A stretch of DNA of 64,000 nucleotides, taken from the NCBI GenBank assembly GCA_017512495.1, contig JAFWGF010000045.1, positions 2,202 to 66,201 on the forward strand. Reading direction: 5' to 3'. Positions 1-9,310 of this stretch are shown here, one piece after another. Numbering within the stretch: position 1 is the stretch's first letter; each line of letters opens with the position of its first letter. The notes under the pieces are model-generated. The model was not told the origin of the DNA and did no database searches. It saw only the letters and a list, made by a program, of their open reading frames with translations. The position numbers and the translations under genes are program-made. Source of the DNA: Bacilli bacterium (GTDB lineage Bacteria > Bacillota_I > Bacilli_A > RF39 > UBA660).

Positions 1-51
1 TTTTAATAATCTATCAAAAACATAAGGTCCTTTTTTTAAACTTCTTGCCAT
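1..51 (-). CDS. rpsS: 30S ribosomal protein S19, first 17 codons only (gene runs off the window edge)
   Basis: Reverse complement of 1-51 reads MARSLKKGPYVFDRLLK, the conserved S19 N-terminus. It lies directly downstream of rplB, as in S10 operons. A purine-rich RBS (AGGAAAGGA) lies upstream. Confidence 0.75.
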   Translation of the reverse strand, partial: MARSLKKGPYVFDRLLK

Positions 52-71
52 TTTTTAATCATCCTTTCCTA

Positions 72-899
72 TTAACTATTGCGACGACGTACTATGAACT
101 TGTCAGATTGTTTTTTCTTACGTGTCTTTAATCCAAGTGCTGGTTTACCCCAAGGTGTTACTGGTGCTTTACGTCCTACTGGAGCACGTCCTTCACCACC
201 ACCATGTGGGTGATCATTTGGATTCATAACTGATCCACGAACTGTAGGTCTGATACCCATTAAACGTTTACGACCAGCTTTTCCTACTTTAACAAGTGAA
301 GAATCTTCGTTTCCAACTTCTCCAACTGTTGCCATACATGTTCCTAATACTTTTCTTTGTTCACCACTTGATAAACGAATCATTACATAATTTGCTTCAC
401 GACCTAAGATTTGAGCAGATGCACCAGCAGATCTTGCTAGTTCTCCACCTTTTCCAGGACGTAATTCAATGTTATGAACCATTGTACCAACTGGTATATT
501 CATAATTGGTAATGCATTACCAACTTTGATATCAGCATTTTCTCCTGCTTCAATCTTTGCTCCAACTTCTAATCCTTTAGGAGCAATAATATATCTCTTT
601 TCTCCATCTGCATAATTGATTAAAGCAATATTTGCAGTTCTGTTTGGATCATATTCAATTGTTGCTACTGTTCCAGGAACGTTTAATTTATTTCTCTTGA
701 AATCAATGATACGATATCTTCTTTTTACACCGCCACCTTGATGACGAACAGTTATCTTACCTTGATTATTACGTCCACCATTTTTCTTCATGGTAACTGT
801 AAGTGTTTTTTCAGGAGTGCTAGTAGTTATTTCTTCATTTACTAATGCACTCATTTTTCTACGTCCTGGTGTAGTAGGTTTATAATTTCTGATTGCCAT
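72..899 (-). CDS. rplB: 50S ribosomal protein L2
   Basis: 275 aa. Typical L2 sequence ([14 protein letters not shown]..., [26 protein letters not shown]). S10-operon position. Confidence 0.98.
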   Translation of the reverse strand: MAIRNYKPTTPGRRKMSALVNEEITTSTPEKTLTVTMKKNGGRNNQGKITVRHQGGGVKRRYRIIDFKRNKLNVPGTVATIEYDPNRTANIALINYADGEKRYIIAPKGLEVGAKIEAGENADIKVGNALPIMNIPVGTMVHNIELRPGKGGELARSAGASAQILGREANYVMIRLSSGEQRKVLGTCMATVGEVGNEDSSLVKVGKAGRKRLMGIRPTVRGSVMNPNDHPHGGGEGRAPVGRKAPVTPWGKPALGLKTRKKKQSDKFIVRRRNS

Positions 900-915
900 A
901 ACTTATTTCCTCCTT

Positions 916-1200
916 CTAACCAAGATCAATTGTTTGTCCTTCTTCAAGGGTAACAATCGCTTTCTTTGTACGATTAGTTAATCCAGTATAACGACCAACT
1001 CTTCTTTTCTTTGGTTTAACATTAATAGTTCTAATACTAGTAACTTTAACATTAAATATTTTTTCAATAGCTTCTTTTATTTCTAATTTAGTAGCTTTAG
1101 GATCACATTTAAATGTATATTTCCCTTCGCTTCTTGCCATTTCTGATTTTTCAGTAATAACTGGTGCTTTGATTATTTCTAAGTATTTAGTATCTTTCAT
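916..1200 (-). CDS. rplW: 50S ribosomal protein L23
   Basis: 94 aa, located between L4 and L2. Typical L23 motifs ([26 protein letters not shown]). Confidence 0.95.
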   Translation of the reverse strand: MKDTKYLEIIKAPVITEKSEMARSEGKYTFKCDPKATKLEIKEAIEKIFNVKVTSIRTINVKPKKRRVGRYTGLTNRTKKAIVTLEEGQTIDLG

Positions 1201-1826
1201 TATTTAAGCACCTCCTCAACATATTTTAAGGCATCTTCTGTAACAACCATTACATCAGTACCTACAATATCTAAAACATTAATTTCATCTGCTAAGATTA
1301 GTACTACATTTTGTAAATTTCTTGATGCTAAGATTAAATTATCATCAAATTCTTTAACTACTAATAATACTTTCTTATCAGCAACTTTTAATGTTTCTAA
1401 AATACCTAACATTTCTTTTGTTTTAGGAGTTTTAACAGTTAACTTATCTAAAACAACTAATTCTTTATTTGCTACTTTATCACTTAATGCTGACTTAATA
1501 GCAATTTGTCTTTCTTTTCTATTTTGCTTTTTACTATAGTCTCTAGGTACTGGAGTTCCATATCTTCCTCCACCTACCCATTGAACAGCTCTAATTGAAC
1601 CTTGACGAGCACGTCCTGTTCCTTTTTGTCTCCATGGTTTTCTACCACCGCCAGATACTTCTGAACGATTTTTAGTCTTGTGTGTTCCTTGTCTTAATGA
1701 TGCTCTTGATAAAATAATTGCATCGTTTAAAACGTTTTTATTTACTTTAATTCCAAATATTTCTTCATTTAAGTTAATGTCCTTTACTTTTTCACCTTTA
1801 AGATTTAAAAGTTCTACTTTTTTCAT
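1200..1826 (-). CDS. rplD: 50S ribosomal protein L4
   Basis: Conserved L4 core ([38 protein letters not shown]). I place the start at ATG 1826 (MKKVELLNL...), because AGGAGG lies inside the 7-codon extension given in the ORF track. Confidence 0.95.
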   Translation of the reverse strand: MKKVELLNLKGEKVKDINLNEEIFGIKVNKNVLNDAIILSRASLRQGTHKTKNRSEVSGGGRKPWRQKGTGRARQGSIRAVQWVGGGRYGTPVPRDYSKKQNRKERQIAIKSALSDKVANKELVVLDKLTVKTPKTKEMLGILETLKVADKKVLLVVKEFDDNLILASRNLQNVVLILADEINVLDIVGTDVMVVTEDALKYVEEVLK

Positions 1827-1886
1827 TAAGATTCCTCCTTTCATCACTTATATATTATTTTTTCTTTCTATATTATATTGTGATGA

Positions 1887-2678
1887 TTATTCTTCAGTTG
1901 TTTCTTCTTCAGCTGCTTCTTCAGTTTCTTCAACTTCTTCAGCAACCTCTTCAGTAGTTTCAACAGCCTCTTCTACAGTTTCTTCTACTGGTTCTTCTGT
2001 AACTTCTTCTTCAACAACATAAGTTATTAAATCTGAAGCTTCATTCTTATCACCAGGACGCTTTACTGCAGTACGAATCATAACAAATGATTTCTTTGGT
2101 CCAGGAACATTACCTTTAACTAAAATTACATTATTTTCTGTATCTACTTGAATAATTTCAAGATTTTGAACTGTTCTTTGAACATTACCCATATGTCCAG
2201 GCATTTTCTTACCTTTAAGTACATGCATTGGTAACATTGTACCTAATGATCCAACACCTCTATGGTATTGAGAACCATGACCCATAGGTCCACGAGACTG
2301 ATTGTGTCTTTTAATAACACCTTGGAACCCTTTTCCTTTACTGGTTCCTGTAACATCAACAATTTCACCTGCTTCAAATAAATCGACACCAATTGTTTGG
2401 CCTAAAGTGTAATCGTTAACGTTTACTCCTCTAATTTCTTTTAAGCAGCGCTTAGGTGTTGTGTTAGCTTTCTTTGTATGACCAATTTCTGCTTTAGTAC
2501 TAACTTTTTCTTTCTTAGTGTCAGTTCCTAATTGAATTGCGTCATAACCATCTTTTTCAACTGTTTTAATTTGAGTAACCACATTTGGTTCAACTTCAAT
2601 AACAGTTACCGGAATTAATTTACCATCTTTAGTAAATACTTGAGTCATTCCGATTTTCTTACCTAAGATTCCTTTCAT
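1887..2678 (-). CDS. rplC: 50S ribosomal protein L3 with an unusual ~45 aa acidic C-terminal extension
   Basis: [15 protein letters not shown] is the conserved L3 N-terminus, with GGAGG 9 nt upstream of ATG 2678. The body is typical L3. The C-terminus is [41 protein letters not shown]. Confidence 0.95.
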   Translation of the reverse strand: MKGILGKKIGMTQVFTKDGKLIPVTVIEVEPNVVTQIKTVEKDGYDAIQLGTDTKKEKVSTKAEIGHTKKANTTPKRCLKEIRGVNVNDYTLGQTIGVDLFEAGEIVDVTGTSKGKGFQGVIKRHNQSRGPMGHGSQYHRGVGSLGTMLPMHVLKGKKMPGHMGNVQRTVQNLEIIQVDTENNVILVKGNVPGPKKSFVMIRTAVKRPGDKNEASDLITYVVEEEVTEEPVEETVEEAVETTEEVAEEVEETEEAAEEETTEE

Positions 2679-2692
2679 TATTTTTTCCTCCA

Positions 2693-3004
2693 TTATTTAG
2701 TTTTTATGTCGATATCTACTCCACTTGGTAAATCTAAGTGCGCAAGCGCATCAATAGTCTCCTTGCTTGGATTTTTGATATCAATTAGTCTTTTGTGTGT
2801 ACGCATTTCGAATTGTTCACGAGAATCTTTATATTTGTGAACAGCTCTTAAGATTGTAAACTTTTCGATTTCTGTTGGAAGTGGTACTGGACCAGAGATG
2901 TTTCCACCAGATCTCTTAACAGTTTCAACAATTTTCTTAGCTGCATTATCTAAGATTCTATGATCGTATCCTTTAATTCTAATACGAATCTTTTCTGTTG
3001 ACAT
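2693..3004 (-). CDS. rpsJ: 30S ribosomal protein S10
   Basis: 103 aa. [14 protein letters not shown] ... [25 protein letters not shown] is typical S10. First gene of the operon. Confidence 0.97.
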   Translation of the reverse strand: MSTEKIRIRIKGYDHRILDNAAKKIVETVKRSGGNISGPVPLPTEIEKFTILRAVHKYKDSREQFEMRTHKRLIDIKNPSKETIDALAHLDLPSGVDIDIKTK

Positions 3005-3127
3005 TTAATATCCTCCCTTCGCCTATATCTAGTATAGACTTGCTCCGAACGAATAACCCGATAACCAATTAGCAACTCTTCCTGGTGTATCGACAACCTC
3101 GCACATCTAAGCAGTCACACGTATTTA

Positions 3128-3156
3128 ATTATAACAAGTAATATCAACAAATGCAA
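3128..3156 (-). promoter_or_regulatory. Sigma-A type promoter of the S10 operon
   Basis: On the minus strand: TTGCAT (3151-3156), a 17 nt spacer, then TATAAT (3128-3133). This leaves a ~115 nt leader before rpsJ. Confidence 0.55.
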
Positions 3157-3180
3157 GAGTTTTTTTATTAAATTTTTACA

Positions 3181-3210
3181 AAATAAAAAGCAACTCAAAA
3201 TGTTGCTTTT
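3181..3210 (-). terminator. Rho-independent terminator downstream of CDS 3289-4383
   Basis: Stem AAAAGCAAC (3186-3194) pairs with GTTGCTTTT (3202-3210). A T-rich run follows on the minus strand. Confidence 0.6.
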
Positions 3211-3288
3211 GTACACTCATATGTCTGTGATTAACACACACTTTCTTTTACGCCTTCGACATACTGACTTAGACTCAACTACTTGATA

Positions 3289-4383
3289 TTAATATTCGCA
3301 AGCGGATGATCCAAAACCACTTATGCCACACTCACAATCGACACTGCCTATAGATATATTGCGTGAAGAGACCATGACACTCAAGCCAGAAACATGGCAA
3401 TCAATATCAGAAAAAGTACCAGGAGAAGTATCGATACAATTACCACTTCCAAAAGCAGTTAGCACCGTTGCTTTATTGCTTGCATAATACGTGCTGAGAC
3501 ATCCCCCTATAGCTTGATTATAGTATTCATCTTTGCAAAAATCCATTCTTGGTGAATTGTCATCCAATATATCTAATCCTCTTATTGTATAAATTCCTAC
3601 TGTCATTCCAGGATTGGCACTTGCCATCTCAGGTGTTACTATAAACTCAATATAACTCTCAGTTACTATCCCATTCCGAATTGCATGCTTTAAATAGAAT
3701 GGACTATTTGGTAGTGCTGCTAATGCTTCTGTAGCGGTATTATATGCAGTTACAGCACTTGGTATTGGTTGTCCTATATTCATTTCTACACTACTTATTG
3801 TATACTTTAACAAATGATTTACCTCAATTACATCTTCTGTTGCTTGTCGATATATTACTGTAAATTGTAACAATAGACTTTGATTAGTGGCGGGTAACTG
3901 ATTTAATTCTATATCAGTCCTATATTCTATTCTTATTTTATATGTCTCTATTGTATTATGCAGTAGTTGATGATTTGATTCTAGCGCTACTCCATCAGCG
4001 TAGGTAATACTATATTTTAAATATGTTGGTAATGCTGTTATTGTTGCCCCATTTAACTTAGAATCTATGGTATCTATCATTGCATCTATACTTCCAGCAT
4101 TAACTGCATCTACAGTAAATTCATAATAATCACCTGGAGTATCTAATATTACACTATAATTAACTGTTGTACTATTTGATATAGTTGGTGCTGTGACAAC
4201 ATTGGTTCCGGATACTGAACCACTAGCTACCTGAATATTTGCCCAATGTATATCCCAGTTAGCACTATTTACTTGAGCAGTACCATTGATATTTAAGTCA
4301 CTATTAATATAAGCATATCCTATACCTAGTCCTAGTATTAAAATAATCAAAAGAATTTTTATGTTATCCTTATATATTATCAT
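3289..4383 (-). CDS. Secreted or membrane-anchored protein, paralog family member A (conserved N-terminal module, Cys-rich variable C-terminus)
   Basis: 364 aa. One N-terminal hydrophobic segment is followed by GIGYAYINSDLNINGTAQV. The first ~190 aa are clearly paralogous to 26440-27423 and 9311-11017. The C-terminal half contains 7 Cys. GGAG RBS. Confidence 0.8.
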   Translation of the reverse strand: MIIYKDNIKILLIILILGLGIGYAYINSDLNINGTAQVNSANWDIHWANIQVASGSVSGTNVVTAPTISNSTTVNYSVILDTPGDYYEFTVDAVNAGSIDAMIDTIDSKLNGATITALPTYLKYSITYADGVALESNHQLLHNTIETYKIRIEYRTDIELNQLPATNQSLLLQFTVIYRQATEDVIEVNHLLKYTISSVEMNIGQPIPSAVTAYNTATEALAALPNSPFYLKHAIRNGIVTESYIEFIVTPEMASANPGMTVGIYTIRGLDILDDNSPRMDFCKDEYYNQAIGGCLSTYYASNKATVLTAFGSGNCIDTSPGTFSDIDCHVSGLSVMVSSRNISIGSVDCECGISGFGSSACEY

Positions 4384-4472
4384 ACCTATTCTCCTATATT
4401 AATTATATCTTTATAAGTATACATTTAATAGGAACTGGATATTTACAAAAACACCCTCTTTTGATTCTTTTT

Positions 4473-5699
4473 TTATTCCATATAACTTTTCTTTTCTCTA
4501 GCTTCACCAATCACTTTTAAAGAAGCCGGTTTTACTAATGATTTACCAAATTTATTATTAATTTCATCAATTGTCTTTTGAATATCAGTTGTATGATCTA
4601 AATTATCTTCTTTATTATCAAATAATGATACTTGTTCATTTCTATTATTCATTAAATTAGCTAAACGCACTCCAATTAATCTAATTTCATCTTGTTTATA
4701 ACTACTTTCAAATACTTTATATGCTACTTTTAATATTTCTTTAGTATTATCAGTTGCATTTTCTAAGGTTTCTTGAGCACTATAACTAGTAAAATTACTA
4801 TTCTTAAAAGTAATACCTATAGTTTTAGCAAACATCTTTTTACTTCTTAATTCTCTACTTAATTCTTCTACTTGTCTAAAGATTATTTCTTTTAATTTTT
4901 TCTCATCAGTATAATTATATGGTAATGTTTCACTTATACTTATACTAGGATTCTTAGTTTCGTGTACTTCTACTTTAGAATTGTCTATTCCATGAGATGC
5001 ATTATATAAATATTTTCCCTGAGCTTTAAAATGCTTTTCTAAAAATTTTTCATCTAACCCAGCTAGATCGCCAATTGTATGAACATTTAATTTATATAAC
5101 TCTTTAGTAGTACTCTTACCACACATGTATAAATCTTTTACATCTAAAGGCCATAACTTAGTTTCAATTTCGTTATTAAATAAGGTATGTACTTTATCTG
5201 GCTTTTCAAAATCACTCGCCATTTTAGCACACAATTTATTATTTGCAATTCCAATATTTACTGTGTAACCAAATTTTTCTTTTATTTCATCCTTAATTTG
5301 ATATGCTAATTTTATTACGTCTTTATAAATATAATTCATTCCAGTCATATCTAGAAAACACTCATCAATCGATAATTGCTCTTGAATTGGTGAAAATTTA
5401 CTCAAATATTCCATCAATTCTTTTGATTTTTTATAATACCAGTTATAATTAGGGTGATAAACTTCAATTTTTTTACATTTTTTTCTAGCCATGTATAAAG
5501 TTTCTGCAGTAACAATTCCATATTTTTTTGCGACAGGTGATTTAGCTAAAACAATTCCCCTTCTAGTCTTTTCATCACCACCAATAACTGCTGGAATTTT
5601 TCTTATATCTTTCTTAAAACCATTATTTAACAAGTAAATCGCAGTCCATGAAAGAAATGCATTATTAACATCTATATGAAATATTATTCGTTCTTTCAT
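4473..5699 (-). CDS. dinB: Y-family DNA polymerase IV
   Basis: 408 aa. IFHIDVNNAFLSWTA ... SIDECFLDMTG ... IANNKLCAKMASD is the IMS/UmuC-DinB signature. Confidence 0.9.
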   Translation of the reverse strand: MKERIIFHIDVNNAFLSWTAIYLLNNGFKKDIRKIPAVIGGDEKTRRGIVLAKSPVAKKYGIVTAETLYMARKKCKKIEVYHPNYNWYYKKSKELMEYLSKFSPIQEQLSIDECFLDMTGMNYIYKDVIKLAYQIKDEIKEKFGYTVNIGIANNKLCAKMASDFEKPDKVHTLFNNEIETKLWPLDVKDLYMCGKSTTKELYKLNVHTIGDLAGLDEKFLEKHFKAQGKYLYNASHGIDNSKVEVHETKNPSISISETLPYNYTDEKKLKEIIFRQVEELSRELRSKKMFAKTIGITFKNSNFTSYSAQETLENATDNTKEILKVAYKVFESSYKQDEIRLIGVRLANLMNNRNEQVSLFDNKEDNLDHTTDIQKTIDEINNKFGKSLVKPASLKVIGEAREKKSYME

Positions 5700-5848
5700 G
5701 TTAACACCTCAATTACATTATAGAACATTTTTTCGATATTTGCAATTAAATTTAAAATGCAAAAAAAGTTTGCGTAATTCATCTGTTTACATACCTTTTG
5801 TATTTTTTAAGTCATAATAGAATTAAGTCTTGTAGGAGGAGAAGTTGT

Positions 5849-6088
5849 ATGAATAAATACGAGATTAATATTTATGAACAAATAGCCAAAAATATCAAAA
5901 AGTATAGAAACATTGCTGGCATTTCTCAAGCTGAACTTGCTGAGCGATGTGGTGTCTCTCACGAATTTATCAGAAGAAATGAATCTAAAAAAGGTAGAAA
6001 ATCTTTTTCTGTAGACACATTGTGGAAAATTTCTCTTGCATTAAATGTAAATCCAGGCTTATTATTTGAGATAGATAAAAATCTTTAA
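5849..6088 (+). CDS. XRE-family helix-turn-helix transcriptional regulator
   Basis: KKYRNIAGISQAELAERCGVSHEFIRRNE is a Cro/C1-type HTH. AGGAGG lies 8 nt before ATG 5849; the track ORF start at 5798 has no RBS. Confidence 0.8.
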   Translation: MNKYEINIYEQIAKNIKKYRNIAGISQAELAERCGVSHEFIRRNESKKGRKSFSVDTLWKISLALNVNPGLLFEIDKNL

Positions 6089-6091
6089 TAT

Positions 6092-6119
6092 AAAAAATAC
6101 TTCCTACGAAGTATTTTTA
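6092..6119. terminator. Bidirectional terminator between convergent genes
   Basis: Hairpin AAAATACTTC-CTAC-GAAGTATTTT (6094-6117), flanked by A and T runs on both sides. Confidence 0.6.
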
Positions 6120-7394
6120 TATTTTTGTATCGTTTAAGCAGAACACTGCATATACTGGGATATATCTAATATCCTTTTTTGTTGCGAAATTATTTTCTGT
6201 TATTCTATAAGCTTGCAATACAGTGAATTTTTTCATAAATACTGCCAAAGATTTAGCTTTTGAATTAGTCTTAGTTGTTAGTTCTATTGGAATAATTTGT
6301 CCCATTCTATTTTGAATAACAAAATTAACTTCTGCTTTTCCTTCAGATTGATAATAATATAATGAATAATCACTTTCAACTAATGTTTTTGCTATATGAT
6401 TTTCATACATTACTTCCTTAATACTTTCATTTGATAACATCTCTTTCTTATTTAAATGAAGCATTGTATATAATAATCCATCATCTGGCATATATAATTT
6501 AAAACTATCTTTATCTCTACAACTACTTAATGGAGATTTAATATCTTTTACTTTGTTACTTCTATATACTATTTCATTATTAACTAAGTATTTGATGCAG
6601 CTTTCATATTCTTTAGCTCTTCTACCAGTTCCTAAAAGACCATATTGGAACTTTTTATTTTCTTTGCTTAATTGTTCAGGAATAGAATCAACTACTTCCA
6701 AACCTCTAGGTATATCTATTAATACCTTATTTAAAGCAATTTCCTTTTTATAAACATCTAATAATTTTTGCTTAATTGTATCTATTTCATAACTAGATTT
6801 ACCATCAATACTAGCTTTTACTACTTCTGGTAATCCTCCAGTTTCTAAATAATCATGGAATAATTCAAGAGCAACTTTATGGAATGGACAAGTTTTCCTT
6901 TTTTCAAAAGATTGTCTTATAACTTTAGATAAGCTTTTTTCTTTTCTAGCCCATAAGTATTCTTCAAAATCCATTTCATTCATACTCTTAAACTGTAACT
7001 CTTCACTTTTAAATTCAGATAACTTTTCTTTTCTAGAAGTAATCGCAATAACATGATACTTACTATGTTCAGTTCCAAAAGCTTTTAATCCTCTAACAAC
7101 TTCAATATCTACTACATTATCAAGGACAATCAAAGTATCCTCTTTTAAAATAGTTTCTCCTGATAAAAGCGATAAACTTAATATTAATTTATCTACTGAT
7201 CTTTCTTTTTTGAAAATATCAATTAGCTTTTTATTATTCTCTGTGTTCAAATAAACTACATTTTTATATTCTTTTTTACCAAATTCTAAGACTGAATATG
7301 TCTTTCCAACTTGTTTACCACCATATATCATCAATGGCTTTCTAATAATATCTTTCTTCCATTTGTGATAAAATTCTTCAATTTTACGTTCCAT
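6117..7394 (-). CDS. AAA-family ATPase (DUF4143-type, COG1373-like)
   Basis: Walker A GGKQVGKT. The length and layout match AAA_14 + DUF4143 proteins. ATG 7394 is preceded by GGGGAGG; the track start at 7412 is GTG and lies inside that RBS. Confidence 0.75.
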   Translation of the reverse strand: MERKIEEFYHKWKKDIIRKPLMIYGGKQVGKTYSVLEFGKKEYKNVVYLNTENNKKLIDIFKKERSVDKLILSLSLLSGETILKEDTLIVLDNVVDIEVVRGLKAFGTEHSKYHVIAITSRKEKLSEFKSEELQFKSMNEMDFEEYLWARKEKSLSKVIRQSFEKRKTCPFHKVALELFHDYLETGGLPEVVKASIDGKSSYEIDTIKQKLLDVYKKEIALNKVLIDIPRGLEVVDSIPEQLSKENKKFQYGLLGTGRRAKEYESCIKYLVNNEIVYRSNKVKDIKSPLSSCRDKDSFKLYMPDDGLLYTMLHLNKKEMLSNESIKEVMYENHIAKTLVESDYSLYYYQSEGKAEVNFVIQNRMGQIIPIELTTKTNSKAKSLAVFMKKFTVLQAYRITENNFATKKDIRYIPVYAVFCLNDTKI

Positions 7395-7479
7395 TAATTG
7401 TAGCCTCCCCACATATTTTCTAAATTAAGTATAGTTTCTTATTTGTTTTTTGTCAAGAAAAAAGAAGAATTACTCTTCC

Positions 7480-8013
7480 TTAAATTTCAAACGTCTCACA
7501 AGCGCAATTATTTATCATTCCAGCTAAAAGACTACCCTTTAATTCTTTCTTTGTAATTAATGTTTTTAATGCCCTATATGGAGCTTGATGAGTTACTATT
7601 AATATTGATTCATCTGTATACTTATCTTTTAAATAATTTAGAAACTCTTCACATCTTTTAATCACACTTTGTACTGGTTCTACTCCAAAATCATCTTTAT
7701 TAAGGTCATAATCCCAATATTTATAGGCATTATACATTTCTCTAGGTTTTCCATCTAATTCACCCATCTCACGTTCTAATATTCTTTGATCGGGTATCAT
7801 TTCAACCTTATCTCCTATTAAAATCATTGCTGTTTCTACTGTTCTTGTTAAAGGAGACATATAACAATAATCAAAATGCATATTATCTAATTTCATTCTT
7901 AACATCTGACATTGTCTTCTACCAGTATCATTCATTAATACATTTCTTCTACCTTGCATAATACCATTTAAATTATCATCAGTTTGACCATGACGTACTA
8001 AAGTTATTTTCAT
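7480..8013 (-). CDS. Histidine phosphatase family protein (phosphoglycerate mutase superfamily)
   Basis: RHGQTDDN catalytic motif, SPLTRTVETA, EREMGELDG, and a late THQ motif. Confidence 0.85.
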   Translation of the reverse strand: MKITLVRHGQTDDNLNGIMQGRRNVLMNDTGRRQCQMLRMKLDNMHFDYCYMSPLTRTVETAMILIGDKVEMIPDQRILEREMGELDGKPREMYNAYKYWDYDLNKDDFGVEPVQSVIKRCEEFLNYLKDKYTDESILIVTHQAPYRALKTLITKKELKGSLLAGMINNCACETFEI

Positions 8014-9230
8014 GAATCTACCTCCAGTACTTTTAAGGCATCACTATATCTTATAAATTTACTTAAGTAACTTCCATCTTCATATGATGAATATCCTACT
8101 ACTAAATAACTATTATCTACTAAAATAACATCAGTAAAATAATCATCTCTATCATCACCATAAGTCTCTACTGTTACTTCTTTTAAATCATTAGTATACT
8201 TACCTATAATACCATCATAATTAACATTATTAGCTGTTCTACTACTGGATTCTTTATTAGTAGTTTTTATCCCAATACCAATAATATTATTATCTCTATC
8301 AACTATTAATTTATTATATCTAGTAGATCCTTCTCCATTATAAATAACTTGATTTTGATAATTACAATCCAAATCATATACCGCTATCATTGCATTAGTC
8401 AGATTATTACCTACTCTAGTAGAACCACTTATATATAGCTTATCATTTACATTAATTATTCCACTAAATCCCTTATCATCCGTATATTTATAATCACTAT
8501 AACCAATTAAATTACCAGCCAAATCATATTTACAAAGAATGCCCAAATTATTATCATTAGTACCTACTACATAAATACTATCATTTATAATTGATAGGTC
8601 ATTAAATATAGCATTCTTACTATTTCCATAAGTCTTATACCAAAGCATATTACCATCATAATCATATTTAACTAAAACAGCTCCACCCTCTTTAGTACCT
8701 ACTTTAGTATTCATATAAACACTTTGACCAGTAACTAAATAACCATCATCTACTTTAACAATTGAAGTAAATTTAGAATTATCTAAAATCTCAAAATCTC
8801 TTGAAAAGATAACTTCTCCAGCTTCATCATATTTAACTAACAAAGCTTTCCTGATTGAATTATTATGATCTTCTAATTCCTTTTCATAACTACCTACCGC
8901 AACTATGCTTTCTTCATCAAAAGTAACACCAAAGAAAGCACTATTATATCCACTATTATATAACTTCTCATAGACTTTCTCTTTCTTCTTACTATATTTA
9001 GTTAATTTAGCTTTTTCATAATGATTATCATTATCATTATTACTACCAACAGTAACATAAGAAGAATTATTATTTATAATAGAATTTATACCATCAAAAT
9101 ATAAAGATTCCTTATTCTTAAAAAATATTGAATATAGTACAAAGCAAACTTCTATGAATAAGATAATTGCACATATAATGGTGATTAACTTAACTCTTTG
9201 TAATATTCTTTTATTGCTTCTCTTACTCAT
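8010..9230 (-). CDS. Membrane-anchored extracellular repeat protein (beta-propeller-like), function unknown
   Basis: 406 aa with an N-terminal TM segment. Motifs recur roughly every 45-50 aa (IVAVGSY, GYLVTGQS, IYVVGTN, LYISGST, IIGIGI, SYLVVGYSS). 4-nt overlap with the downstream gene. Confidence 0.6.
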   Translation of the reverse strand: MSKRSNKRILQRVKLITIICAIILFIEVCFVLYSIFFKNKESLYFDGINSIINNNSSYVTVGSNNDNDNHYEKAKLTKYSKKKEKVYEKLYNSGYNSAFFGVTFDEESIVAVGSYEKELEDHNNSIRKALLVKYDEAGEVIFSRDFEILDNSKFTSIVKVDDGYLVTGQSVYMNTKVGTKEGGAVLVKYDYDGNMLWYKTYGNSKNAIFNDLSIINDSIYVVGTNDNNLGILCKYDLAGNLIGYSDYKYTDDKGFSGIINVNDKLYISGSTRVGNNLTNAMIAVYDLDCNYQNQVIYNGEGSTRYNKLIVDRDNNIIGIGIKTTNKESSSRTANNVNYDGIIGKYTNDLKEVTVETYGDDRDDYFTDVILVDNSYLVVGYSSYEDGSYLSKFIRYSDALKVLEVDS

Positions 9231-9310
9231 ATAACAGCCTCCTATCTATATTTAATTGTATCAAAAATAAAGAAAAAATAAAACCCAATATCTAAGATAT
9301 TGAGTTTTTA

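Noticed and set aside
1678-2022. Plus-strand 114-aa Ser/Thr-rich ORF
   Set aside because: It is antisense to rplD and rplC. The Ser/Thr-rich part is just the complement of the GAA/GTT repeats encoding the L3 acidic tail, and there is no RBS.
3005-3127. Structured ribosomal-protein leader or riboswitch in the ~115 nt S10 operon 5' UTR
   Set aside because: A long leader is present, but I could not identify a convincing conserved structure or a known leader motif by eye, so no call is made.
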